Assembly: GCA_049969935.1 (NCBI GenBank)
Contig: JBMFNX010000003.1
Coordinates: forward strand, 8,616 to 72,615
From: Nitrososphaeria archaeon
GTDB lineage: Archaea > Thermoproteota > Nitrososphaeria > JACIWG01
Length of the DNA: 64,000 nucleotides
Direction of reading: 5' to 3'
Under the pieces are notes generated by a model. The model was not told the DNA's origin, searched no databases, and worked only from the letters and a program-made list of their open reading frames with translations. A program made the translations under genes and the position numbers. Below, piece after piece: positions 8,549 through 17,479 of the stretch. Numbering within the stretch: the first letter of the stretch is position 1; each line of letters starts with the position of its first letter.

Positions 8549-10192
8549 TTAATCTTCCTCCAAAAACCTTTTCACATAATCATTTTTTATGTGGGCTTTA
8601 AATTTGCGCTCATACTCTTCCCTAACCCTTTTCAGAATACTGTTGTAGTCAACTATCTTTACAACTGCAGGATACTTTAAAGCGCTTCCGTATACAAGAA
8701 ATTCTTGTCTTCTTAAGGATGTGACGAGAGGCTTAAAAAGTTGTGTAAGTTTCAAGCTTGATGTTGCAGTATCCACATCCCTTTCTATACTTGTGGCTCC
8801 TACAAAAAAGTTCCAGACCATACCGAAAACATTTTCATCAATTTGGGAAGGAGTTTGGTCTATTATTCCCAACACAATCCCCCTCTTTCTCAGCTCCCTA
8901 GCAATTAATCCAAGTGGACTACTTTCCCTCACACCTGGATTTAGGAACTTGTGTGCTTCTTCAACAAAAATTATAATCCTGTTCCTTACACCTTCACCTA
9001 CACTCTTACCCACGTAAGCCTCTCTCAATCTTCTTGAAATGTAGTTTACAATGAACATGTAAAGTGCTTCTAGGTCACCATATTTTCCAAAAGATACTAC
9101 AATATTCTTTCCATCTTCCAGCTCTTTTAAAAGCTCTTGACATGTGTCATCTGTTTCAGAAAACTGTGGCAGGTTTTTGAATATTGAAAGCCTTCGTGAA
9201 AGTGCTCTTAAGCTTGTTATAGTCTGTGTATCGAAACCCATATCTTTAAGGTCTTGGTTCGTGTAGTCGTTAAAGTTTATGATAGCGTCAAACCAGTTTC
9301 CAGCAATTTCATTAAGCTTATCCTTAAGAGATTGAAGGTTTAATGCTCCAACACCAGATATTTTCAGTAACTCGCTTAATGCTATAATGTCTTCAACTTC
9401 AATTTTCTCCTTCTTTATCCTAAATTCTTTGGCCAAAGTACCCCTCTTAAACTCTTTTTCAATTTCTCCTACAAGCTCGTGGTCAACACAATAAACTTTG
9501 AATTCTTCTGGAAAAGATTGTGCTACACCAGGCGCTAGGATTGTTTGTGATGGAGTCTTTAATTTTAAACCATATTCTGAATGCATGTCAAATATTAGTT
9601 GTGTCGTAGGTATATCTTCGCCAGCTAATACAGAATTTTTTGAGTACAATAGTATGTATGCTGCAAGAAGATTGCCTAAGACACTTTTTCCAGTACCAGA
9701 CTTTCCAAATATTCCGAAAGAATTTTGAACCATTACACTAACATCCAATGGCACACTATATTCTGAAGGCCTAATCGTTCCTAGAGGATACCTTTTTTGC
9801 CAATCTATTTTGCCATAAAATGCTTCCGCAGCATCTTCAGTCAAAAGCTTACATTTTGAAAGATAGTCTGGAATTGTTAGAGCTTCATCAACTCTATCAC
9901 CTGAAGCGCAGGCTATTGGTATACAGTTGAGCTTAGATGTTAAAAGTATGTCTGAAAGTAGATGTTTTGTAAACGTCGGTTTTCTAGCCATGTTTACGGT
10001 TACTGCTGTGCCAGGTGAATCTGCGATAATATCGTTTACTATCATAAGATAGCTTCCCCTCCCGCTTTCTGCAACCACACAGTATCCAACTTCAATTTCC
10101 TCATGCACCCTATTTTGTAGTTGAACTAGAGTACCCTTGGAATATGCTCCTCCAACAACAAAACCGATAACATTATCTTCGTTAGTCAACAA
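8549..10192 (-). CDS. herA: HerA-type hexameric DNA helicase/translocase (FtsK-HerA superfamily)
   Basis: 547-aa ORF: beta-rich N-terminal barrel-like segment, Walker A GKSGTGKS, and Walker B-like IIIFVEEAHKF. It sits in an operon with mre11/rad50/nurA. TTG start overlaps the upstream ORF by 11 nt. Confidence 0.85.
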   Translation of the reverse strand: MLTNEDNVIGFVVGGAYSKGTLVQLQNRVHEEIEVGYCVVAESGRGSYLMIVNDIIADSPGTAVTVNMARKPTFTKHLLSDILLTSKLNCIPIACASGDRVDEALTIPDYLSKCKLLTEDAAEAFYGKIDWQKRYPLGTIRPSEYSVPLDVSVMVQNSFGIFGKSGTGKSVLGNLLAAYILLYSKNSVLAGEDIPTTQLIFDMHSEYGLKLKTPSQTILAPGVAQSFPEEFKVYCVDHELVGEIEKEFKRGTLAKEFRIKKEKIEVEDIIALSELLKISGVGALNLQSLKDKLNEIAGNWFDAIINFNDYTNQDLKDMGFDTQTITSLRALSRRLSIFKNLPQFSETDDTCQELLKELEDGKNIVVSFGKYGDLEALYMFIVNYISRRLREAYVGKSVGEGVRNRIIIFVEEAHKFLNPGVRESSPLGLIARELRKRGIVLGIIDQTPSQIDENVFGMVWNFFVGATSIERDVDTATSSLKLTQLFKPLVTSLRRQEFLVYGSALKYPAVVKIVDYNSILKRVREEYERKFKAHIKNDYVKRFLEED

Positions 10193-10787
10193 TATTCACC
10201 AGCAAGCGTATAAGCTCATCTTCTCCCCGAATATGTAGCATTTTCACGGCACCCTTCAAAAATTCGAGAAACTCGTTTTCACCTAATATTGATTTAACTT
10301 TTCTAACGTGGCTTAAGACAGCTTCAACACCATACTCATTATATATTAGGTGCAGATAATCGCATGGGATTCTAAGAAACGCTCTAACATCCTCTGGATC
10401 CATTTTATAGACTTGATCATGCACTATAGCATGATGCAAGTTTGAAGCGTGAACAAATCTTCCTTCAAGAAGTTCTCCGACAATCACTGCCTCATATGCA
10501 TTATATATCCTGTCTTTTAGCTCCGGTAACGTTCTATCAATTTCTTCTGGACCCATCCTAAGCCTAGAAGGTCTTGTAGAACCTGTTCCAACAATCACAA
10601 GTTTTGTGCTTGCAACCACACCAACCAATATGTTTCCACCGTTACTGACAACAATAAATGTTCCCCTCTCAATAGACTGTACTATAGAGTTTCTGTGAAG
10701 CTCAAATTCTATCTTCTCATAAGTTGAGGATATAACTTCTCCAATAGAATTTTCTATTAAATAATAGTTTCCTTTAAGCGCACACAC
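10182..10787 (-). CDS. hypothetical protein; N-terminus resembles a HerA-type HAS barrel (by eye only)
   Basis: 201-aa ORF whose GTG start overlaps the nurA stop (TAGTG). The N-terminal pattern IGEVISSTYEKIEFEL...ERGTFIVVSNGGNILVGVVAST parallels the HerA N-terminus in the next gene (IGFVVGGAYSKGTLVQL...VGYCVVAESGRGSYLMIVNDI). No Walker motifs. Confidence 0.6.
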   Translation of the reverse strand: MCALKGNYYLIENSIGEVISSTYEKIEFELHRNSIVQSIERGTFIVVSNGGNILVGVVASTKLVIVGTGSTRPSRLRMGPEEIDRTLPELKDRIYNAYEAVIVGELLEGRFVHASNLHHAIVHDQVYKMDPEDVRAFLRIPCDYLHLIYNEYGVEAVLSHVRKVKSILGENEFLEFLKGAVKMLHIRGEDELIRLLVNIVD

Positions 10788-12025
10788 TATAGGACACCCC
10801 TAGCCTTTAACTCGTTCTTCCTAGAAAACTTGACTTCAAGATTATAACCATATTTTTTGCAGAGCTCTAAAGCCTTATTGTACACGATTTCGTGAACAAC
10901 ATTCCTATCCTTTCCTGACAGTACAGCAAGCTCATGCGCTCTCGATAAAGTTAAAGGATATCCTCCTGAAAGGATGGAGTCTGCAACAACAGCTTTATGA
11001 ACCAAATTAACAGCATTCTCATCTTTTTCAAAAAATATTTTTGGGAACTCGACACGCAATATACTTTCATCCACTCTAACATAGAATGCTATTAGGTCAA
11101 CATACAGTTTTTCCGCTGAATCTGCGATGACAGAATTTAGGGGCCTAAAGTATGGTGTCCTAGAATAATTTTCTGTTAAAACATTATAGAGGAAATGTTT
11201 GTCACAGAATGTTTTAAAAGTCCTTTCTTGCTCAGAAAAATTGGAACAATGGGAACATTTGGCACCCTTGCATATTTTACATTTAAGCCCACAGTTGACA
11301 AGACCCCTGTCAAGGCTAAAGTATACTGCAACCGGAAATATGTTGAGCTCATAAAGTTTTCTAAGATAATCGTTCAATGAATCCAAAAGAAGTTTCCTCC
11401 TTTCACCAGTATAGTTTCTAGCATATGATACAGAAAGTGATTCATCAAGAAATAGTATAAATGGTGTATGCTGATGAAACTTTTCATTTAAAAGTTTTAA
11501 TGTTAGCATCCAATTCCACATCTGATAATGCTCGTCTTCAAAAAGCTTTATCTCATGGTCTGTAGAATATAGTTCATCTCCAACCTTAACATCATCCAAT
11601 ACCTCTTCAAAATAGCGACCATTTTTTCTTAAAAATACTGCAACTTGAGTGTAAGCATACAGTAGGTTCAGGTGAAGATTATGTCTAATTGTACTAGAAT
11701 CAGTTCCACACACGCTTATTTCATCTAATACTTTATTAACCCACTCAAACCTTCTACTCCCATCTTCACAGGGGCCTTCTTCTAAGATAACTTGTCCCCT
11801 ATCCCAAAAACCATCTTCTAAAGGAAATGCAATACTTCCTAAAACACTTATACAACTTTTATCATCAACAATCGTCTCCCTAATCTCTCGAGGGTCAAGA
11901 CTAAATGGATTATATTGCTCAAACTTTTCATTCAAATTCTTATATCCAGATATGCTCTCAAAAATTTTTTTCTCTTTCAATATAAGGTTTTGGCTTAATC
12001 TTTGTATAGAAAGTTCTTGGAGCAT
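10787..12025 (-). CDS. nurA: NurA-family 5'-3' nuclease
   Basis: 412-aa ORF. The C-terminal GGYPLTLSRAHELAVLS matches the conserved NurA C-terminal motif as I remember it, and FILFLDESL resembles the internal DGS-type acidic motif. It is the first gene of the herA-mre11-rad50 operon. Confidence 0.65.
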   Translation of the reverse strand: MLQELSIQRLSQNLILKEKKIFESISGYKNLNEKFEQYNPFSLDPREIRETIVDDKSCISVLGSIAFPLEDGFWDRGQVILEEGPCEDGSRRFEWVNKVLDEISVCGTDSSTIRHNLHLNLLYAYTQVAVFLRKNGRYFEEVLDDVKVGDELYSTDHEIKLFEDEHYQMWNWMLTLKLLNEKFHQHTPFILFLDESLSVSYARNYTGERRKLLLDSLNDYLRKLYELNIFPVAVYFSLDRGLVNCGLKCKICKGAKCSHCSNFSEQERTFKTFCDKHFLYNVLTENYSRTPYFRPLNSVIADSAEKLYVDLIAFYVRVDESILRVEFPKIFFEKDENAVNLVHKAVVADSILSGGYPLTLSRAHELAVLSGKDRNVVHEIVYNKALELCKKYGYNLEVKFSRKNELKARGVL

Positions 12026-12044
12026 ACACCTTGATTTGAACTAC

Positions 12045-12057
12045 AAAATTATAAAAA
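12045..12057 (-). promoter_or_regulatory. candidate TATA box for the nurA-rad50 operon
   Basis: The minus strand reads TTTTTATAATTTT, centred about 26 nt upstream of the nurA ATG (12025). Confidence 0.35.
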
Positions 12058-12065
12058 CGTTTAAC

Positions 12066-13151
12066 CTACCCTCCTCTTAGATATAGTCTAATACTTTTTA
12101 CAAAAATATATCCGATAAGAGCCTGTCTAATAATTGCAACCCACTGAACAGGACTCTCTAGACTCCACGGATTACTAGAACTAAACATTGGAGTAAACCA
12201 CCAAAATAGTATCATCACATTTAAAATGTGAGAAAACATGTATGGAACATATTCTCTGCATGAGAGAGCAAAAAAGGGCGACAGCATAATCATGTACTGG
12301 GGTGGAAACTTGAAACTTGATATTACGAAAGCCGTCAAAATTAGCCAACACTTGTCAACGACATCAACTTTCTTTAAATCATATATTAGATATCCGAGGA
12401 TAAAGATTAGTCCAGCGGAAACACCCTTATTCCATTGCTGAAAAATTGCAAGCCAACTGTCTTCAACAACCCAGCCAGCCTGGTAAATGTAAGGGTATAG
12501 GAAGCCATCAAAATTTACTATCATAAAATAAATGTTAGTGATAAGCCATCCCAAGAATGTGAAAAGGGCGAAAATAATCTTTTCCCTTTTCTCTTTAAAA
12601 TATTGTATCATGTATGGGAAAGCGAGAATAGGTATTATCCTGGCTGAAGCACTTAAGCCAAGAAAAACACCAGAAGATTTGACAGAACCCTTCAACAGGA
12701 AAAGTAGTGAAGCTAGTAGAAGGAATATTCCGAACCAGTCAAAGCTATATATACTATAGAATATGAATGTTGGAGTAAAAACAGTGTACAAGCATATTTT
12801 AGAAACACTAACATTCCTCTTGCATCCTATATTGTAAACTATGTAAAGACTTCCAATCATGCATACAAAGGATACAAAAGCAAAAACAAGATAATATCCA
12901 TAAACATTTCCAGTCAACGTTGCAATATAGAGAACAAGTCCAGAAAATGAGGGATATTCAAGATTATATTCGACATAAGGTATTTTACCCATTCTAACAT
13001 CATATCTGTTCCAGAGAACATCTATAATATCACTATAATAGTTAGGCCTCAATCCTGGAAAATGGATCCAGAAACTTAGAATAAAAAATGTTACCGCTGA
13101 AGACAAAAGAATAACCAAATCTTTCTCCTCAAAATCTCGGACATTACCCAT
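12066..13151 (-). CDS. polytopic integral membrane protein, possibly a GT-C/DUF2029-like glycosyltransferase
   Basis: 361-aa ORF with at least 8 hydrophobic segments and aromatic-rich loops. The function is guessed from architecture only. Confidence 0.5.
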   Translation of the reverse strand: MGNVRDFEEKDLVILLSSAVTFFILSFWIHFPGLRPNYYSDIIDVLWNRYDVRMGKIPYVEYNLEYPSFSGLVLYIATLTGNVYGYYLVFAFVSFVCMIGSLYIVYNIGCKRNVSVSKICLYTVFTPTFIFYSIYSFDWFGIFLLLASLLFLLKGSVKSSGVFLGLSASARIIPILAFPYMIQYFKEKREKIIFALFTFLGWLITNIYFMIVNFDGFLYPYIYQAGWVVEDSWLAIFQQWNKGVSAGLIFILGYLIYDLKKVDVVDKCWLILTAFVISSFKFPPQYMIMLSPFFALSCREYVPYMFSHILNVMILFWWFTPMFSSSNPWSLESPVQWVAIIRQALIGYIFVKSIRLYLRGG

Positions 13152-13535
13152 TAAGATTTACAAATTTTATAATATTATTTAAAGATTTCTTTAAACTATA
13201 ACTTATGACGCTAAGATAAAGTTGGCTGATATACTTATTGTTCCAATTTACGATTTCGCCTTTTTCCCACAAATTAAACTCAAACACGCATATTAAACCC
13301 TAAACATTTCTGAAAACATTAACAATAGACAAACTTTAAAATTAACATTGCTTAGAAAAAAGGTTATATTTTAGTAATTCATGTTTATTATGATGAGTCA
13401 AGAATGGTTTCCGAATAAGCTAGAGAAGGGTAATCGGGCTAGAAAGAGCTGCTGAAATCATTGTTACTGATTATGATGTTATAATTGCTTTAAATAAATG
13501 CTGTTTTAAGAGATGTTGTAACCAAGCAGGATATA

Positions 13536-13742
13536 ATGGAATTTATGAATGGAGTGAGATGGGGAATTTCACGGTTAGAGAACGAGTTTAAAAACTATGT
13601 GGATAAAAGAATTGATGACTTGAATAGGAGAATTGGTGATTTAAACAATCTTGTAAGAGTCAGCCTTATAGCAATCGTAGTCACTTTAGTTACTGCTATA
13701 CTCGTACCATTCATATTAAAATTTTTTAACATTTTAGTATAA
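13536..13742 (+). CDS. small coiled-coil protein with a C-terminal transmembrane anchor
   Basis: 68-aa ORF: charged heptad-like N-terminus (RLENEFKNYVDKRIDDLNRRIGDLNN) followed by the hydrophobic stretch LIAIVVTLVTAILVPFILKFF. Confidence 0.45.
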   Translation: MEFMNGVRWGISRLENEFKNYVDKRIDDLNRRIGDLNNLVRVSLIAIVVTLVTAILVPFILKFFNILV

Positions 13743-13771
13743 TAAAGGGATAAAGATTAAGGATTGTCTGA

Positions 13772-14272
13772 TTAACGTGTGATTGTAGAGTTTGTTTTAG
13801 TTTCTATTTGGATTATTGGCGGTTTCATGATCATTATGGTGCATGTTTCTACTCCCGTCCAAACTTCTACCGTGTACGTTCGTGGAAAATAGCTTCTAAT
13901 GTACATGATATCTTCTTCTGTCAAAGATATTTCTTTGAACACTATACGCCATTCTGTCCACAAACGTCTTTCATGATATCCTTCGTAGGAGAAGCCGACT
14001 TCTTTAAAGGCTTCACCGAACCTATCCTTTAAAGCAGACCTGAGCACATCATACTCGAGCACGCTAGCATTATAGTATAATGCAGAAATATCAACATAAT
14101 CGCTTGTACCGTTACCCTTCCAAACCAGCCTTGGACCACCAGTATTCTGAGCGCCAGTTTCTACAGGATTATGATATAAAGTTGTAGAAGTGAAGAAGAT
14201 AATTAAAGCAAACGATAGAATAATTAAAATATAGGAAATCTTTTGACTAATTCTCTTAGGTTGTTGGCTCAT
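13772..14272 (-). CDS. hypothetical N-terminally membrane-anchored or secreted protein
   Basis: 166-aa ORF with an N-terminal TM/signal-like segment ISYILIILSFALIIFFTS. It lies downstream of and co-directional with the radical SAM gene. Confidence 0.55.
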   Translation of the reverse strand: MSQQPKRISQKISYILIILSFALIIFFTSTTLYHNPVETGAQNTGGPRLVWKGNGTSDYVDISALYYNASVLEYDVLRSALKDRFGEAFKEVGFSYEGYHERRLWTEWRIVFKEISLTEEDIMYIRSYFPRTYTVEVWTGVETCTIMIMKPPIIQIETKTNSTITR

Positions 14273-14369
14273 ACTATGGTTCAGAATATATGTTTGAAGA
14301 CTGTCAATATATATTGCTCAAATGGCGTGTGAATGTAATTAAATGCTGTTGAATTAAAAATGTTGACAA

Positions 14370-15392
14370 TTATATGAGATTTTTATAAAATTCTATTGGT
14401 TTTAGTTCAGTTAATTCACCGCCTTTTTCGACTATATGTTTTCTAATGTCAACACATAAATGGCATTTTGAAATATATCCTTCTCTGCTTTCTTTGTAAT
14501 CAAATTCTTTTACTCCAATATTGTATAGAAGTCGAATATCTGTTATTAGAGCTTTAATTATGGGAAGTTCATCTAAAATTATGCCATCAAAGATTGTTTC
14601 ATAATCTTTTACATTCCCCAAAGACATTCCACCACAATAGCCTGGAATATAGTTTCCATAGTTGTCTATGTGAATATGCCAGTTTCTTGTAATCTCATGA
14701 TAACATGATCGTCCGAAAAAATATTTTGCAGGATACTTTTTAAATAACATGCTTAGCTTGTAGACTTTACGTCCCATAGGTAAAAGTTCTATATAGTATG
14801 CCCAGGTAAGGTCAACCCTTTCTAAGAATTCTTTAAATGAGAGGGTTGCTTTTATGTTAAGTTTTTTGAACAACATTCTATAATATTCTTGATAGACCAT
14901 TAGATTTTTTTGAAAGACTTCATATCCGATGTTTATCGCCCTTTCCGTTCTTTCAAATGGAACATGCTCTAAAAGGAATGGGTTAACACTTACAAGTACA
15001 CCATTTAGGCCGTAGCCTTTTAATTCTTTAAAACGTTCCCTAACAATTTCATCACAGGTGCACCAGAAGCAGTTTGTTTCAACAAACATTGATGGAATAT
15101 TATATTTCTTTGCAACTTTAACCGCCTCAGATAGTAGACTGAAATTGAGAAATGGTTCGCCTCCGGTAAAATGTAGGCCTACATTGACACCAACATTTCG
15201 TGGACCGAGGGGGCTTTGAATTATTGTCTCTGAAAGCTTAGAAATTATATATTCAAGTTGATTTGAACTCATCCAATCAGCCGGCCAATTTGGGGAAGAA
15301 GCATACATACAATGTTTGCAGCTACTATTGCATTTGTAGGATAATATTATTCCAGCAGACAATGGCTTTGGTATTAGGAGCTTCTCCATCAA
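14370..15392 (-). CDS. radical SAM protein with a Cys-containing C-terminal extension
   Basis: 340-aa ORF with CNSSCKHCMY (CxxxCxxC) near the N-terminus, the SAM-binding-type FTGGEPFLN, and further Cys residues C-terminally (CYHE..., GYCGG, CHLC). Confidence 0.8.
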   Translation of the reverse strand: MMEKLLIPKPLSAGIILSYKCNSSCKHCMYASSPNWPADWMSSNQLEYIISKLSETIIQSPLGPRNVGVNVGLHFTGGEPFLNFSLLSEAVKVAKKYNIPSMFVETNCFWCTCDEIVRERFKELKGYGLNGVLVSVNPFLLEHVPFERTERAINIGYEVFQKNLMVYQEYYRMLFKKLNIKATLSFKEFLERVDLTWAYYIELLPMGRKVYKLSMLFKKYPAKYFFGRSCYHEITRNWHIHIDNYGNYIPGYCGGMSLGNVKDYETIFDGIILDELPIIKALITDIRLLYNIGVKEFDYKESREGYISKCHLCVDIRKHIVEKGGELTELKPIEFYKNLI

Positions 15393-15454
15393 ATCTTGTT
15401 CGTAGCCTATTATTTAAAAAATATTTTATATTCTCATTATGTTAGGCTAAATGA

Positions 15455-17476
15455 ATGATAAAAGAAACTTTTGAGACTATTGGAAGAGAATATTCTGGGG
15501 AAAGGGCTAAAAATTTTGTAAGCGAACTAATAAATTTTCATAGAATCCAGGGAAGCCCAGGATATAGGAAGGCTGCAGAATATGTTTACAATGTTCTCAA
15601 AAGTGGTGGCCTAGAATGTGAAATATTAAAGTTTCCTGCTGCAGAAGATGTAACCTTTTGGAATTATGGGTCGTTTCAAGAGAGTGATATAGAGGATGCT
15701 AAACTTTTTCTTATAACAGAAGATGGAGAGGAAAAGATTGCAGACTATTCAGTGAACAAGTTTTCAATTATACAAAGGAGTGCGCCTACACCTGATGATG
15801 GAATAATTACAGAACTTGTGGTTTTGGAAAAAGGTGATACTGAAGAAGAGTATGATAATGTTGATGTTAGGGGGAAAATTGTTTTTGCATCAGGAGATTT
15901 GAACGACGTCTATTCTTTGGCTGTTGAAAAAATGGGGGCAATTGGGATAATTACTGATAGGTTGAGGGAATGGCCTCCTGTTAGGGGGAAGATGGATTTG
16001 CCTGACGCTTTACAGTATTGTAGCTTTTGGTGGAATGCTTTTAAGAAAAAATGTTTTGGATTTGTTGTTTCACCGCGTACTGGTGTAAGGATTAGGGAGA
16101 TTGCCAAGAATAAGAGGTTGAGGGTTAGGGCTTTTGTAAAAAGCAGAATATATGATGGGACATTTGAGGTTGTTTCTGCAAAAATTAGGGGGGTTGAAGA
16201 TAAAGAGGTTTTGTTTATTGCACATTTATGCCATCCACAGCCTTCAGCAAACGATAATGCTTCAGGTGTGGCTGCAGCAATTGAGGCGGCACTGGTTATT
16301 AATAGGTTGATTGTGGAGGGAAAGCTTAGAAGGCCTCAGAAGACTATAAGGTTCATTTTTGTTCCAGAAATAACTGGAACAGTAGCTTTTTTGAACGCCA
16401 ATAGAGAACGTTTAGATTCTTTTGTTGCTGGCGTAAACCTTGACATGGTTGGAGAAGATCAAAGAGTTTGCGAAAGCATTTTAATGATTGATGAGACACC
16501 ATATTCGCTTCCAAGCTTTCTGAACGCCTACACAGAATACTTGTTCAATTTTATACCCAAAAAAATATGTTCATTTTCTGAAAGAGACCGTTTTCCATAT
16601 ATAAGGTACGAGTTCATAAAATTTTCTGGAGGAAGCGATCACGAAGTTCTATCGGATCCCAGTATTGGAGTACCTACTGTATCTTTTACAAACTGGCCTG
16701 ACAAATTTTATCACACGTCAGAGGATACTTTAGATAAAGTTGACCCAAACATGCTTTGGCATGTTGGAACAGTATCTTCAACAATAGCTTACACTGTTTC
16801 AAACCTTTCTCAAAAAGATTATGATTTTCTAGCACTATTGACAGAAAAATACTGTGAGAATAAAGTAAATAGCTTGATGAATGAGATTATTTACAAAATA
16901 TCTGAGATGGTTGAGGATAAAGTTAGTGAATGTGCTGAAGAGAAGATATATTTTATAAAAGAATGCCTTCACTTTTGGAGGGAATGGCTTAGCAAAGCTG
17001 TAAATGGTTTGAGTAAACTAGATGGAGAAGGTGATTTAACAAGATTATCCGAATATTATGGAAGAAAGTTTACAGAGTTTACTAACATGATGGAGAAACT
17101 TTTTAAAGAATATATTGAAAAAATTATTTTGGAAAAGGGATTTAAAACAGGCTCCATAAGAGGAGGGAGAATGGGTAAGATTGAGGGGAAAGCAGATAAA
17201 ATTATTCCAAAAAGGACAAGTCCAGGACCAATAGACATAAAATTAAAAATAGACAGTTTAGAAAATGAATCTAAAGAAAGGGTTCGCAGTCTTATGAAAC
17301 TTCGTGGTTGGAGAACCTGTTCAACACTCGCACTATTTTGGGCTGACGGAAAAAGGACTGTTCTGGACATATGGAGGATGCTTAAAATCGAGTATGGGCA
17401 AGTTGATTTAAAGAATTTAATTGACTGGTTCTATTTACTCGAGAAAATGGATTTTGTGAAAATAGAGAGAATCTAG
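15455..17476 (+). CDS. M28-family aminopeptidase-like protein (DUF4910-like) with a C-terminal winged-helix-like tail
   Basis: 673-aa ORF with M28-type metal-ligand regions HLCHPQPSANDNASGVAA and NLDMVGED, plus SGGSDHEV. Confidence 0.65.
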   Translation: MIKETFETIGREYSGERAKNFVSELINFHRIQGSPGYRKAAEYVYNVLKSGGLECEILKFPAAEDVTFWNYGSFQESDIEDAKLFLITEDGEEKIADYSVNKFSIIQRSAPTPDDGIITELVVLEKGDTEEEYDNVDVRGKIVFASGDLNDVYSLAVEKMGAIGIITDRLREWPPVRGKMDLPDALQYCSFWWNAFKKKCFGFVVSPRTGVRIREIAKNKRLRVRAFVKSRIYDGTFEVVSAKIRGVEDKEVLFIAHLCHPQPSANDNASGVAAAIEAALVINRLIVEGKLRRPQKTIRFIFVPEITGTVAFLNANRERLDSFVAGVNLDMVGEDQRVCESILMIDETPYSLPSFLNAYTEYLFNFIPKKICSFSERDRFPYIRYEFIKFSGGSDHEVLSDPSIGVPTVSFTNWPDKFYHTSEDTLDKVDPNMLWHVGTVSSTIAYTVSNLSQKDYDFLALLTEKYCENKVNSLMNEIIYKISEMVEDKVSECAEEKIYFIKECLHFWREWLSKAVNGLSKLDGEGDLTRLSEYYGRKFTEFTNMMEKLFKEYIEKIILEKGFKTGSIRGGRMGKIEGKADKIIPKRTSPGPIDIKLKIDSLENESKERVRSLMKLRGWRTCSTLALFWADGKRTVLDIWRMLKIEYGQVDLKNLIDWFYLLEKMDFVKIERI

Positions 17477-17479
17477 ATT

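Noticed and set aside
13390-13478. Possible C/D-box sRNA: ATGATGA at 13390-13396 and CTGA at 13452-13455, with a further CTGA (13467-13470) and TGATG (13474-13478).
   Set aside because: The C-to-D spacing is 55 nt, too long for the compact archaeal C/D' / C'/D layout. I could not find convincing internal D' and C' boxes or a terminal kink-turn stem. Short box motifs are expected by chance in AT-rich DNA.
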